The notes beneath the pieces were generated by a model that saw nothing but the letters and a program-made list of their open reading frames with translations, did not search any database and was not told the DNA's origin. 64,000 nt of DNA, taken from an uncultured cyanobacterium (GTDB taxonomy: Bacteria > Cyanobacteriota > Cyanobacteriia > Cyanobacteriales > CAWCAG01). Within the stretch, counting starts at the first letter, position 1. Every line of letters begins with the position of its first letter. The stretch lies in assembly GCA_963793425.1 (NCBI GenBank), contig CAWCAG010000005.1, positions 1,152,001-1,216,000 of the forward strand, given 5' to 3'. Shown in pieces: positions 39,758 to 50,034 of the stretch. A program made the position numbers and the translations under genes.

Positions 39758-41230
39758 ATGATGTCTAATCCAAGTCTTAAAAAGAAAAAACAGCGTCCCC
39801 CAAGTCTTTGGGATGCGCCCTATTTTGAGCCAATTAAAACTGTGGCTCGTCTGTTTTCCCCTTATTGGCTAGCTTGTATTCCTTTAGCAGCAATCATTGT
39901 TGTTGTCTGGAACACTTCTGCCTCCGCTCAGGGTCTTGATGCTCCTTCAACTCCTGAAGAAATGCAGGTCGTTCTCGACTCTATTTTCTTGCTATTTTGC
40001 TCAGTCCTCGTTATCTTCATGAACGCAGGATTCGGGATGCTAGAAACAGGATTCTGTCGTCAGAAAAACGCCGTTAATATTCTGACCAAAAACCTAATCG
40101 TTTTCGCCATTGCCACTATTGCTTACTGGGCCATTGGTTTCGGTTTGATGTATGGCGAAGGTAACGGTTTCATTGGTTTAGATGGCTTTTTCTTCAACGG
40201 CAAGGCTGCTGCTTATGGAGATGATCCCTACCCAGAAGCTGTACCTGTAGCTATTTCCTTTCTTTTCCAAGTAGCCTTTGCTGCCACCGCAGCAACCATT
40301 GTTTCCGGGGCTGTTGCTGAAAGGATCAAGTTTGATGCTTTCTTAATCTTCAGTTTCTTACTCGTAGCTGTTTCCTATCCCATTACTGGACATTGGTTAT
40401 GGGATGGTGGCTGGTTAGGAGAACTAGGTTTTGTTGACTTTGCTGGTTCAACCATCGTTCACTCTGTGGGGGGTTGGGCTGCTTTAGTAGGTGCTGCATT
40501 GTTAGGGCCTCGTCAAGGTAAATATGCCGCAGATGGTTCCATCCGAGCCATTCCTGGCCACAACATGAGTATTGCCACCCTTGGTTGCTTAATTCTCTGG
40601 ATTGGCTGGTTTGGTTTCAACCCTGGTTCAGAATTAGCTGCTACTGCCAATGTTCCTTATATTGCCGTTACCACCAACCTAGCTGCCGCAGCAGGGGGTT
40701 GTACTGCCACTGCCACTAGTTGGATTACCTCCGGCAAACCTGACCTCTCTATGGTTATCAACGGTATCTTAGCGGGCTTAGTTGGTATTACGGCTGGTTG
40801 TGCAAATGTCAACTATATCTCCGCGATTATTATCGGTGCTGTTGCTGGGGTTATTGTAGTTTTCTCTGTAGCTTTCTTCGACAAGATCAGAATTGATGAT
40901 CCTGTGGGTGCTACTTCTGTCCACCTTGTCTGTGGTATTTGGGGAACTTTAGCTGTCGGCATCTTTTCTCCCGACGCTAATATTATCAACCAAATCATCG
41001 GTATTCTCTCTGTCGGAGCCTTTACCGTAGCTTTCAGTGCCGTTGTTTGGTCTTTACTCAAAGTGACTATTGGTATCCGCGTGACTCCAGAAGAGGAGTT
41101 CGAGGGCTTAGACAAAGCTGAACATGGTATGGAAGCCTACGCTGGATTTGTTACTGAAGCTGACGCTTTTGGTGTCAGCCCCAGTACCATTAGCAGCGCA
41201 ACCGATGTTGCTCCACCATCAGAAATCTAA
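39758..41230 (+). CDS. amt1: Ammonium transporter
   Basis: [52 protein letters not shown]. Confidence 0.95.
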   Translation: MMSNPSLKKKKQRPPSLWDAPYFEPIKTVARLFSPYWLACIPLAAIIVVVWNTSASAQGLDAPSTPEEMQVVLDSIFLLFCSVLVIFMNAGFGMLETGFCRQKNAVNILTKNLIVFAIATIAYWAIGFGLMYGEGNGFIGLDGFFFNGKAAAYGDDPYPEAVPVAISFLFQVAFAATAATIVSGAVAERIKFDAFLIFSFLLVAVSYPITGHWLWDGGWLGELGFVDFAGSTIVHSVGGWAALVGAALLGPRQGKYAADGSIRAIPGHNMSIATLGCLILWIGWFGFNPGSELAATANVPYIAVTTNLAAAAGGCTATATSWITSGKPDLSMVINGILAGLVGITAGCANVNYISAIIIGAVAGVIVVFSVAFFDKIRIDDPVGATSVHLVCGIWGTLAVGIFSPDANIINQIIGILSVGAFTVAFSAVVWSLLKVTIGIRVTPEEEFEGLDKAEHGMEAYAGFVTEADAFGVSPSTISSATDVAPPSEI

Positions 41231-41269
41231 ACTTCACTAGTCTTAACTTACCCATTTAGTTAAGAAAAA

Positions 41270-41320
41270 CCCGTCTTTAAGCGAGAAAAATAAATTCTCG
41301 GTTGAAGGCGGGCATTTTTT
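41270..41320 (+). terminator. Intrinsic terminator after amt1
   Basis: CCCGTCTTTAAGCGAGAA...TTCTCGGTTGAAGGCGGG stem followed by CATTTTTT. Confidence 0.6.
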
Positions 41321-41465
41321 GGTACAAAATTGTTAAGAACAATTCGTGTTTCTGCCATTCTGATAAAGTTACTGTTTGAGGCGCTTTTGATTAAAAAGCG
41401 GCTCCTCATCAATGTGTAACTTTTGAATATGTGACTTTTGACTTCCGCAAAGCGGCATTATTCTC

Positions 41466-42317
41466 TTGAAGCGCTCTCCTCGTTGGGCTTTTTTCTCCCT
41501 AGTTATTAACGGACTATTCATTCTTCTCCTCAGCTATATCTGGTGGGGGGACGAAGAAAGCAAGTTGCTTTCTGTGGCGAGATCAGACCTTTCAATCGAA
41601 AAAGATTCTTTTCCCGAAACCTCTTCTGGTGGTGAATTGGGGGAAAAACAAAAACTTACTTATCAGCAATGGGTTGATTTACTAAAACAAGAAGCCAAAG
41701 TTGCGGCGGAAAAACAACCGGAAAATCTTACTGTTCTTTTAGGAGATTCCATTAGTCTCTGGTTTCCTCCTGAATTATTACCTGAGAAAAGATATTGGCT
41801 CAATCAAGGTATTTCTGGGGAAGGCTCAGCCGGATTGCTTAGACGTTTAAAGCTGATAGACAAAACTAATCCCCAAGGTATTTTTATTATGATCGGTATC
41901 AACGATCTGATTCGGGGGGTGGAAGGAGAAACTGTTGTCGCGAATGTGGAGTTAATTGTTGAATATTTAAGGCGAAATCATCCCGAAAGTACGATCATTT
42001 TGCAATCTATTTTGCCCCATAGTGGTTCTCAATCAACTTGGGAAGGGCGAGAGCGTTTATTAGAACTTCCGAACCGAGATATTCGTGATATTAATCGTCG
42101 TCTGGAGAAAATTGCTGAACAAGAAGAAATTATTTATCTCGATCTCTACTCCCTTTTTGCTGATGATCAAGGTAATCTGAACACAGAGCTTACTACTGAT
42201 GGGTTGCACCTTAATCCCAAAGGTTATGAACTTTGGCGTATTGCCCTGCAAGTTTCTAGCCAGTTGGAAATTGGGGAAACAGGGAGCAGGGAGCAGGGAG
42301 TAGGGAGCAGAGAATAA
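41466..42317 (+). CDS. SGNH/GDSL hydrolase
   Basis: GDSIS, NQGISG, IGIND, DGLH; C-terminus reads through STRR repeats. Confidence 0.9.
   Translation: MKRSPRWAFFSLVINGLFILLLSYIWWGDEESKLLSVARSDLSIEKDSFPETSSGGELGEKQKLTYQQWVDLLKQEAKVAAEKQPENLTVLLGDSISLWFPPELLPEKRYWLNQGISGEGSAGLLRRLKLIDKTNPQGIFIMIGINDLIRGVEGETVVANVELIVEYLRRNHPESTIILQSILPHSGSQSTWEGRERLLELPNRDIRDINRRLEKIAEQEEIIYLDLYSLFADDQGNLNTELTTDGLHLNPKGYELWRIALQVSSQLEIGETGSREQGVGSRE
42281..42310 (+). repeat. STRR heptamer run (GGGAGCA/GGGAGTA)
   Basis: agggagc-agggagc-agggagt-agggagc; similar runs at about 477-500, 7975-7997 and 54075-54092. Confidence 0.8.
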
Positions 42318-42496
42318 TGTCAGGCATCAATAATTTTAAAGACTTAAGAATTTGGCAAAAAGGCATGGATATAGCAGAGAAGTGTTATTTTTTGACTAAA
42401 CTATTTCCTCAAGACGAGTTGTACGGTATGGTTCAACAAATTAGGAGAGCTGCAGTATCTATCCCCGCCAACATAGCAAAAGGATATGGAAAATGA
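42317..42496 (+). pseudogene. Truncated four-helix-bundle (23S rRNA IVP / bAvd-like) gene
   Basis: [59 protein letters not shown] is only the N-terminal half of this family. Confidence 0.8.
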
Positions 42497-43728
42497 GCAA
42501 TCACCAAAATAAACTAGATACAAAAGCTTTTAAACGTTCTCTGGCTCACTCGAAAAACTACCACCGTAAAGGATTTGGTCATAGTCAGGAAGTTAACACG
42601 GTTTTAAATTCAGAATATCAAAGCAATCTGATTCAAGAAATTCGTGATAACAATTACCGCTTAAGCAAAGGAGATGTTACCATTCACCTCGCTGAAGCTT
42701 TCGGTTTTTGTTGGGGAGTTGAACGTGCTGTGGCGATGGCTTATGAGACTCGTCAGCATTTTCCCACAGAACGCATTTGGATTACTAATGAAATCATTCA
42801 TAATCCTTCTGTTAATCAGCGTTTGCGAGAGATGAATGTGGGTTTTATTGCTGTTACTGATGGCGATAAAGATTTTTCTGTGGTTGGTACAAAAGATGTG
42901 GTGATTTTACCTGCTTTTGGAGCTAGTGTTACAGAAATGCAGCTTCTCAATGACAAGGGTTGTACTATTGTCGATACCACTTGTCCTTGGGTATCTAAAG
43001 TTTGGAACTCTGTAGAAAAGCATAAGAAAAAAGATTTTACTTCGATTATTCATGGTAAATATGCCCATGAAGAAACCGTGGCTACAAGTTCTTTTGCTGA
43101 TAAGTATTTAGTTGTTCTTAATTTAGAGCAAGCAAATTATATAGCTGATTATATTTTGTCTGGGGGCGATTCCGAAGAATTTTTCGCTAAATTCAAAAAT
43201 GCTCATTCCGCTGATTTTGATCCTGATAGAGATTTAGACAAAATTGGCATTGCTAACCAAACTACCATGCTCAAAAGCGAAACCGAGCAAATCGGCAAAC
43301 TGTTTGAACGTACTATGCTCAAAAAATATGGCCCTGCTGAGTTCACTGAGCATTTTATGAGTTTTAATACCATTTGCGATGCGACCCAAGAAAGGCAAGA
43401 TGCCATGTTTGGGTTGGTAGAAGAAAAGCTCGATTTGATGTTAGTGATTGGCGGTTACAATTCTTCCAATACTACTCATTTACAAGAGATTGCTATTGAA
43501 GAACAAATTCCTTCTTATCATATTGATAGTGCAGAGCGTATCGGAGAAGGAAACAGAGTTGAACATAAACCTTTAGGTAAAGATTTGGAAGTTAAGGAAA
43601 ATTGGCTTCCGGAAGGGCCAATTAATGTTGGTCTAACTTCTGGGGCTTCTACCCCCGATAAGGTGGTAGAAGATGCTATTAAAAAAATATTTGAAATAAA
43701 GGCGATGGCAGTAGCTGCTAATAGCTAG
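42493..43728 (+). CDS. ispH: 4-hydroxy-3-methylbut-2-enyl diphosphate reductase
   Basis: [49 protein letters not shown]. Confidence 0.97.
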   Translation: MSNHQNKLDTKAFKRSLAHSKNYHRKGFGHSQEVNTVLNSEYQSNLIQEIRDNNYRLSKGDVTIHLAEAFGFCWGVERAVAMAYETRQHFPTERIWITNEIIHNPSVNQRLREMNVGFIAVTDGDKDFSVVGTKDVVILPAFGASVTEMQLLNDKGCTIVDTTCPWVSKVWNSVEKHKKKDFTSIIHGKYAHEETVATSSFADKYLVVLNLEQANYIADYILSGGDSEEFFAKFKNAHSADFDPDRDLDKIGIANQTTMLKSETEQIGKLFERTMLKKYGPAEFTEHFMSFNTICDATQERQDAMFGLVEEKLDLMLVIGGYNSSNTTHLQEIAIEEQIPSYHIDSAERIGEGNRVEHKPLGKDLEVKENWLPEGPINVGLTSGASTPDKVVEDAIKKIFEIKAMAVAANS

Positions 43729-43822
43729 TGGCTAGTGGTGACAGGAATAGGTAATAGGAATTCTAGCAATAGTTAGGTTCTTTACTTATTACTTGTTACT
43801 TATTACTTATTACTTCTTCCCA

Positions 43823-45366
43823 ATGTCTTTTCTTGATCCTCTTTACGCTCTTTTCCTCCTCGTCATCATAGAAGTTGCTTGGTTGCTAAGGCAATTAATT
43901 CCTCAAGGTAAAACCCGCAACCAAATACAACTGTGGTTGTTTTTAATAGCTAGTATTGCTTTCTATGCCTCCTTACAGTGGTGGTATATTCCTTTACTCC
44001 TAATCATGGCTTTGCTTAACTTTTATCTTGGTAAAGCCATGGAGGAAAAAGTCAGTATAGGAGTTCAACAGGCGCAGGATCAAAATCTTTCTAACCAAGA
44101 ATGGGAAAACTTACAACAATCTTGGAATCGTAAGGCTACTAATATTCTGATTCTGGGTATTGTTGCCAACATCCTAGTTTTGGTGGCTTTTAAATATCTT
44201 CCTTTTCTTCTCAATAGCTTTGCTGCTAGCTTCAACTCAGCTTCAGCAAGTGAAAATGCTAGTTGGTTGAGCAAAAACTTGCTTGCCCCTTTAGGAATCT
44301 CTTTTTTTACTTTTGAATGTATTGCTTATCTAGTTGATATTTCCAGGGGTAGCAAAGCTAGTCGAAGTTTGTTGCAATTTACTAGTTATAAACTCTTTTT
44401 TCCTAAATTAATTTCTGGCCCAATTACTCGTTATCACGAATTAGCTAAACAATTTAATAGTGATCAAACCCCAGTTATCAATGACTATATTGAAGGATTT
44501 TGGCTTATTGCTTTGGGGGCAGTCAAAAAAGCTTTGGTAGCAGATCGCTTGGGGATTTTTGTGGATTTATGTTTTGGCAATCTGGAAAGGGCAGGTAGTG
44601 GCGATCTTTGGTTAGCGATTATTGCCTATGGTTTACAACTCTATTTTGATTTTAGCGGTTACGTGGACTTAGCTCGTGGTAGCGCTATGTTATTGGGCTT
44701 TAATCTGCCAGAAAATTTTAACTATCCTTACTTTAGTACTAGTATTGCTGACTTTTGGCGACGTTGGCATATGACCTTGGGAGATTGGTTACGCAATTAC
44801 TTATACTTCCCTTTAGGAGGCTCTCGTCAGGGTTTAGGGAGGACTTGCCTTAATTTATTATTGGTGATGCTTATTGCCGGAATTTGGCATGGTGCAGCTT
44901 GGGGTTATGTGGTTTGGGGAGGCTTACACGGTTTTGCTTTAGCTATACACCGCCTCACAGATACATTAGTAAAGAGGTTGAAGGGTTAACAGTTTGGTGG
45001 AAAAGCTGGCCAGGAATGGTTATGGCTTGGTTGCTTACTCAATTAATGGTCTTTACTTCTTGGATCTTTTTTCGTCTTCCGGATCTCCGGCAAGCTGGTT
45101 TAGTGATTGGACATTTATGGAACTATTCAGGAGATGTCCAGTTTGCCCAGAAGGTTTATGGAGAAGCAATTGGTTTGGGACAATATCAAGTTTCTGTGTT
45201 GATTACTTTAATATTTGTCGCTATGGCGATCGCCTATTCTATTCAACAAGGTTTGCAGTTAAGGCTAAATTGGCCTATTAAATTGCTCTTTGCTCCTATT
45301 TGCCTTTTGGGAGTTTGGCTTTTAGCCCCGGAAGGAGGGCTACCGTATATTTATTTTGATTTTTAA
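43823..45366 (+). pseudogene. MBOAT (AlgI/DltB-like) O-acyltransferase split by a frameshift near 44966-44970
   Basis: PLGISFFTF, FFPKLISGPI, DFSGY, ENF.YPY, FWRRWH, GIWHGA in 43823-44989; the TM C-terminus ending LPYIYFDF is in another frame and ends at 45366. Confidence 0.8.
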
Positions 45367-45406
45367 AAACTGTTTGATGCTAAATCCGCAGTGTGATTAC
45401 ACTTTA

Positions 45407-45535
45407 GTAGGGTAGGCAAGATAAGCAAATTACATCAGCATCAAAAATTTATTTACTGTTGCCCACAAATAATTAACTAGGTAATGGTGGGCAAACATCA
45501 CAAAATGAGCTTGATAGACAACCTAATTATTTTTT
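45407..45535. repeat. Degenerate REP/MITE-like element; partial copy at about 51917-51949
   Basis: GTAGGGTAGGCAA...TTGCCCAC...GTGGGCAA; ATAGACAACCTAATTAT is shared with the 51.9 kb site, which ends TTGCCCACCCTA. Confidence 0.55.
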
Positions 45536-45700
45536 TACACACTTTGACTAATACTGTTCTTTTGAAAGAATAGTTTTTCTGTTCGGAATAGTTGCGATCG
45601 CCTCCTCAAAATCCAGTTTGCACATCAGTTATTATAATTATCGACACTGAAACCAAGCTTTTGCTTAAGTAAGATTAACTATAATTTTTCTACCTGTCCT

Positions 45701-46075
45701 ATGCCAGAAAATAACCTTGCCGTTAATATTACTCTCTTCGATTCCCAACTAAGCGATGAACAACTCCAGGAAGATACAAGTAATCTTCGTGAAGAAATCA
45801 TGGAAGTGGAAGGAGTTCAAGAAGCAAATCTCGTTCCCATAACCCAAGCCCCAGTAGGTTCTAAAGGTATTGGTGATTTCTTAATGGGGCAACTGGAAGC
45901 TTCCATAACCGTTAAAGGTTTGAAAACCTTGGCTAACTTTTTAGGTAATAACCTCTACGGTAAAAAAATTAAAATCAAAGCGGAAGGAAACGGCAAGAAG
46001 TTGGATGTGGAAATTAATCGCCCTGAAGATTTACAGAAGATTATGCCGGAGATTGATGAGTTTATAAATGGTTGA
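45701..46075 (+). CDS. EACC1-like small protein preceding a caspase
   Basis: DEQLQEDT..LREEI, AP.GSKG..D.L.G.L, KIKIKAEGNGKKL.VEI; lies directly upstream of a caspase gene. Confidence 0.65.
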   Translation: MPENNLAVNITLFDSQLSDEQLQEDTSNLREEIMEVEGVQEANLVPITQAPVGSKGIGDFLMGQLEASITVKGLKTLANFLGNNLYGKKIKIKAEGNGKKLDVEINRPEDLQKIMPEIDEFING

Positions 46076-46081
46076 AAACTG

Positions 46082-46158
46082 CCCCTTAGCCCCCAATATT
46101 GGGTGAACAAGAGTAATCAAAAGCTCAAAGTCCCCCAGGATTGTGGGATTTAGGGGGC
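46082..46158. repeat. Cyanobacterial small dispersed repeat
   Basis: CCCCTTAGCCCCCAATATTGGGTGAAC...AAAGTCCCCCAGGATTGTGGGATTTAGGGGGC, with imperfect terminal inverted repeats. Confidence 0.65.
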
Positions 46159-46193
46159 GATAAACTTTGCATTCTCAGAAAAAAAGTTAAGCA

Positions 46194-47789
46194 ATGAACA
46201 AACTAGCCCTCCTAGTCGGCATCAGCGAATATAAATCAGCATTGGAACCCTTACCCAGCGCTGAACAGGATGTGCTGGCTATGCAGCAGGTTTTGGAGAA
46301 TGAAGAGATGGGAGGATTTCGGGAAGTTATTCCCTTGGTTAATCCTCCCGTTCAAGACTTGCGGAGAGCTATTTATGACCTGTTTGCGGAACGGAATCAA
46401 GATGACTTACTTCTGTTTTATTTTTCTGGTCATGGGGTGAAAGATCAACATCGCAACCTCTATCTCACTACTCCAGAGACAGAAAAGAATCAAAGAGGCT
46501 CAGTTGTTACTCCCACTGCGATCGCAGCTAATTATCTGCAAAGTCAAATTAGTGCCAGTCGTTCGGAACGGATAGTCATAATTCTTGATTGCTGTTTTAG
46601 TGGGGCTTTTGCTAAGGGGATGACAGCAAAAGATGATGGGGAAGTGGATATTTTCGGGGAATTAGGAGGGAAAGGTAGGGCAATTTTAACTTCTTCTAGT
46701 TCAACGCAATATTCCTTTGAACAAGATGATTCCCAACTTTCTATTTACAGTCGCTATTTAATCGAAGGGATAAAAACGGGGGCCGCAGATCGGGATAATG
46801 ATGGCAGGATTTCTGTAGAAGAGTTACATAATTATGCTAAGGAGAAAGTACAACAAGCTTCTCCTGCGATGACACCGCAATTTTATCCTGTGGAGGAAGG
46901 GTACAAAATTTATCTGGCGCGATCGCCTCAAGATGATCCTCAACTGAAGTATCGTCAAGAGGCACAAAAACGCATTCGTAAGGGAAATTTTTCCCGTGTT
47001 GGTTTGCGTATCCTCCGGCAATTAAGAACAGATTTGGGCTTGTCTACAGAAGAGGCAGAAAAGATTGAAGCAGATGTTTTGCAACCCTACAGGCAATATG
47101 AGCAGAAACTGAAGGAGTTTACAGAAGCGGTGGAGGAGGTGATAGAGGATGAAGGAGGGATTTCCCCAGAAACCCTTGAGGAGTTGCAGGATTATCAAAA
47201 GCTTTTGAGTTTGGTTAATGAGGATGTGGAACCGATTATGGCGCAATATCTCGTCAAATTTAAACCTAAACCTGAACCCCAAGCTCACTCTCCCGCGAAG
47301 CCTCAGCCTAAATCTTCCGTTTCAGAAAAAGAAGCAGAAGTAGAACTAAAATCAGCTAAGGGAATTGACTACACTAAACTCCGGGACTTGCTAGCAGGAG
47401 GAGAGTGGCGTGAAGCAGATGAGGAAACAGCTAGAGTTATGCTTAAAGTTGCTGACAGGGAAGAGGAAGGTTGGTTAGATTCCGATTCAATAAAAATATT
47501 CCCCTGTGAAGACCTGCGTACCATTGACCAACTTTGGGTAAAATATAGCCAAGGACATTTTGGTTTTTCTGTGCAAAAACAGATTTATCAAGAAGTCCAG
47601 GAAGATTACGGAAAGTTTGGCGATCGCGTGGGGTGGAGAGTGAAGGAGACATGGATATATTATTCTGATACGACCTTCGGGTTAGATGCTCCTATGGGTC
47701 ATCTTCCGGGAGAATGGAATCCAAAGTGGCAAGCTGGTATTAAATCAAAGCGGGTATTCTTCTCTCGCGCTCAGACTTGTAGACTGTAG
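46194..47789 (+). CDS. Caspase-like peptidase (C14) fused to C-terminal GUN4-like domain
   Basis: ALLVGISEY, YFSGHG and LDCCFSG catalytic dyad; helical linker; DYTKLRDLL..GEWREADEET, FPCEDLRTIDQLWVKYS.G.FGFSVQK, GHLP. Confidence 0.9.
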   Translation: MNKLALLVGISEYKSALEPLPSAEQDVLAMQQVLENEEMGGFREVIPLVNPPVQDLRRAIYDLFAERNQDDLLLFYFSGHGVKDQHRNLYLTTPETEKNQRGSVVTPTAIAANYLQSQISASRSERIVIILDCCFSGAFAKGMTAKDDGEVDIFGELGGKGRAILTSSSSTQYSFEQDDSQLSIYSRYLIEGIKTGAADRDNDGRISVEELHNYAKEKVQQASPAMTPQFYPVEEGYKIYLARSPQDDPQLKYRQEAQKRIRKGNFSRVGLRILRQLRTDLGLSTEEAEKIEADVLQPYRQYEQKLKEFTEAVEEVIEDEGGISPETLEELQDYQKLLSLVNEDVEPIMAQYLVKFKPKPEPQAHSPAKPQPKSSVSEKEAEVELKSAKGIDYTKLRDLLAGGEWREADEETARVMLKVADREEEGWLDSDSIKIFPCEDLRTIDQLWVKYSQGHFGFSVQKQIYQEVQEDYGKFGDRVGWRVKETWIYYSDTTFGLDAPMGHLPGEWNPKWQAGIKSKRVFFSRAQTCRL

Positions 47790-47887
47790 CATATAAAGGG
47801 AAGAGTCGTTTGTAACAATCTTTTAACAGAGGGAGTTTCCACGAAACTACTAGTATTTGGGCAATTCCGATACCTGGCACTCTGGTG

Positions 47888-47947
47888 AGGAAGTTGTGGA
47901 AATGGGGAAGTGGGAAGTTGGGGAAATGGGGAAGTGGGGAATTGGGG
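47888..47947 (+). repeat. STRR-like purine-rich tandem repeat
   Basis: Repeated GGGGAA(G/A)T / GGAAGTTG units. Confidence 0.7.
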
Positions 47948-47949
47948 TT

Positions 47950-48231
47950 TTAGTTTCCTGTCCAAAAATAGGGATTTTCAAATAGCTTGCTTGTAGTTTT
48001 TGGGTCGTAACAATTAACCAAAACGAACTGTTTCGCCACCTCTGCCACCTCTTCTTGCAGCACTTCCCACCGCTCCCAAGGTAAACTCATTTGCCCAGGA
48101 GAAACTTTTTTTCTTCGCCCCTTCCTTTTTAGTTTCACGCCCCCCAACAATTTACTACCCCAGTGATATTTTCTTTCTGGTTTCGGTTTCGGTTTATATC
48201 TGGTACAAAACCCTTTGTATTTCCTGGCACA
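47950..48231 (-). pseudogene. 3' remnant of a probable cyanobacterial Y1/RAYT-like transposase
   Basis: Open frame CARKYKGFCTRYKPKPKPERKYHWGSKLL...SPGQMSLPWE with no upstream start or HUH domain; family recognised from memory only. Confidence 0.45.
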
Positions 48232-48263
48232 TACCTATTATTTATATTTTGCATATTTTGCTT

Positions 48264-48650
48264 TCAGTGAGAAACAGAATTTTCTTCTAACCACAGAGCC
48301 AATGAATCTTGATTTTCTCGATTTATGGCGACTCCTTCCATCATCATCACAACTTCTTGATTTGCAACCTCAAGGGAATAACCATTTAACTCTAAGAAAG
48401 TTGCCATCACTGCAAAAGCTGTCCTTTTATTCCCATCAATGAAAGGATGATTTTTTGTTAAAGCATATCCATAGGCAGCAGCTAATTCAAACAAACTCGG
48501 TTCACCATAACTCAAAAGATGTTGAGGTCTAGCCAAACTAGCTAAGAGAAGATTGTCATCTCTTATGCCTGGACTTCCTCCATGTTGAGTAATTTGATCG
48601 CCATGAATAGCCATAGCAATCTTCTCATTTATCCAATAAGGTTCGCTCAT
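48264..48650 (-). CDS. doc: Doc/Fic family toxin
   Basis: HGGSPGIRD..LL.SLARP, NHPFIDGNKRTA. Confidence 0.93.
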   Translation of the reverse strand: MSEPYWINEKIAMAIHGDQITQHGGSPGIRDDNLLLASLARPQHLLSYGEPSLFELAAAYGYALTKNHPFIDGNKRTAFAVMATFLELNGYSLEVANQEVVMMMEGVAINRENQDSLALWLEENSVSH

Positions 48651-48871
48651 TGAGCTAATTCACGCAAAGCATCTTCATATTTCTTACTTACCTTTTCATA
48701 AGCCGCCATTGCTTGAGCCAAGTTTCGCTCTTGGGTAGAAATTTGCACTCCATTTTCAGTTTCTACTAATAAGACTTCCTCTCCTTCAGCAATATCTAGC
48801 TTTTTTAAAACTTCGACGGGTAAAGTTATACCCAAGTCATCACCAATTTTTCTTATTTTGAGAATATACAT
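48647..48871 (-). CDS. AbrB/MazE-fold antitoxin paired with Doc
   Basis: LKIRKIGDDLGITLP.EVL..L; 4-nt overlap with doc. Confidence 0.88.
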   Translation of the reverse strand: MYILKIRKIGDDLGITLPVEVLKKLDIAEGEEVLLVETENGVQISTQERNLAQAMAAYEKVSKKYEDALRELAQ

Positions 48872-48889
48872 AAAACAGAGAGATTAAGA

Positions 48890-49000
48890 CTAGGAAATTA
48901 TTATAGTAGATTCCAATAAAATCTCTTCAAACTCTGAGGTAGGTAGAATCTTGACTGTAAACTTGGGAATACCATCAAGTTTGTGTTGGTCAAGGGTCAT
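48890..49000 (-). pseudogene. Truncated copy of the 76-aa gene at 50757-50987
   Basis: MTLDQHKLDGIPKFTVKILPTSEFEEILLE followed by an unrelated STIIIS*. Confidence 0.8.
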
Positions 49001-49226
49001 AGCTACCTTTGTAAGTGCTATAAATACGGTAGCCCGGTAAAACCAGAGCGATACCTGCATTAGAATGTATCGTACCTGGATAATCTTCCTCGGCTAAACT
49101 ACCACCAAGGCGAATCCGCAATCTACCCAACCAAATATACAACCCTGGAATCAGAGTATCTAAACTATAAGCAATCGCCTGCAATTGTGAATCACTAGAT
49201 TCAGTTTTTTGTTCAGGAGTAGACAT
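48990..49226 (-). CDS. Hypothetical protein (78 aa), copy 1
   Basis: Frame conserved in the paralogue at 50977-51213. Confidence 0.65.
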   Translation of the reverse strand: MSTPEQKTESSDSQLQAIAYSLDTLIPGLYIWLGRLRIRLGGSLAEEDYPGTIHSNAGIALVLPGYRIYSTYKGSYDP

Positions 49227-49560
49227 GGGAAAACTAGAAACCTACCGTCAATATGTCCAAAAAATTCTCACTCAAAGAGCCAGCTTTGAGCAAAATGAAG
49301 ATGGAATTGAAACCCATCTTATCTTAGATACAGAAAGGGACTATTATCAACTCTTAGATATAGGTTGGCAGCAAGAAAAACAAGTATTTGACTGCTATTT
49401 ATACTTGCAAATTAAAAATGGCAAAATTTGGATCTATAGAGACTTAACGGATAGAGCTATTGCAGATGAGTTAAGAGAATTAGGCGTACCGACTGAAGAT
49501 ATTGTCCTCGCTTTTTACACTCCCCAAAGAAGACAATTTACTAACTTTGCTGTTTGCTGA
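49225..49560 (+). CDS. xisI: XisI family protein
   Basis: MGKLETYRQYVQKIL, DTERDYYQL..IGW, IKNGKIWI, IADEL.ELGVP.EDIVLAF..P..R..T.FAV. Confidence 0.88.
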   Translation: MGKLETYRQYVQKILTQRASFEQNEDGIETHLILDTERDYYQLLDIGWQQEKQVFDCYLYLQIKNGKIWIYRDLTDRAIADELRELGVPTEDIVLAFYTPQRRQFTNFAVC

Positions 49561-49615
49561 AAATGTCAAGTAACAACAAATAACAAATTGGAGAGGTATT
49601 GGAAACTACAATCAC

Positions 49616-49879
49616 CTAATTTCTCAACTTTTCAAGAGTTTGCAAATCCTTTTCCAATTCAACCTCATCGTAATTAAGATAAACTCCCATCTTTTGTAAA
49701 AAACTGTGGGTTGCTAAACGAGAAGGCAACTTAAGTATTTGTCTTACCTCTGCGGTACTAATTTCGCCACAACCATAAGCATCAGCAACTAGCCTTTCCA
49801 ATAATCGCTCAGAAAGATTTCCCCACAGCTTGTCTAACCTTTGAGCAATTTCATCAGGAATTTCAATGGCAACTTGCAT
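49616..49879 (-). CDS. UPF0175-family antitoxin-like protein (no PIN partner adjacent)
   Basis: MQVAIEIPDEIA, AY..GEISTAEV..IL, FLQKMGVYLNY..ELEKDLQTL. Confidence 0.8.
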   Translation of the reverse strand: MQVAIEIPDEIAQRLDKLWGNLSERLLERLVADAYGCGEISTAEVRQILKLPSRLATHSFLQKMGVYLNYDEVELEKDLQTLEKLRN

Positions 49880-50034
49880 AAAACTCAGCCTTTAAAACCT
49901 AAACTACTTCTATAGTAAAAGACTTAGCTGTACTTTATTCAGCGATAATGCGTCACCCTCGCCAAATTGAGGAGTCGTGCTGGTCAATAAGTAGTGCAAT
50001 AATAAAATAATCAGCAGCGTGTCTAACTTCAATC

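Noticed and set aside
42317..47789. DGR built from the bAvd-like fragment, the RT and the GUN4 tip
   Set aside because: I found no second copy of the GUN4 3' region differing at adenines in this window. The RT is retron-type and about 36 kb away, and the four-helix gene is truncated.
47888..47947. Possible CRISPR or other spacer array
   Set aside because: Short STRR-type tandem units without unique spacers; I saw no CRISPR array anywhere in the window.
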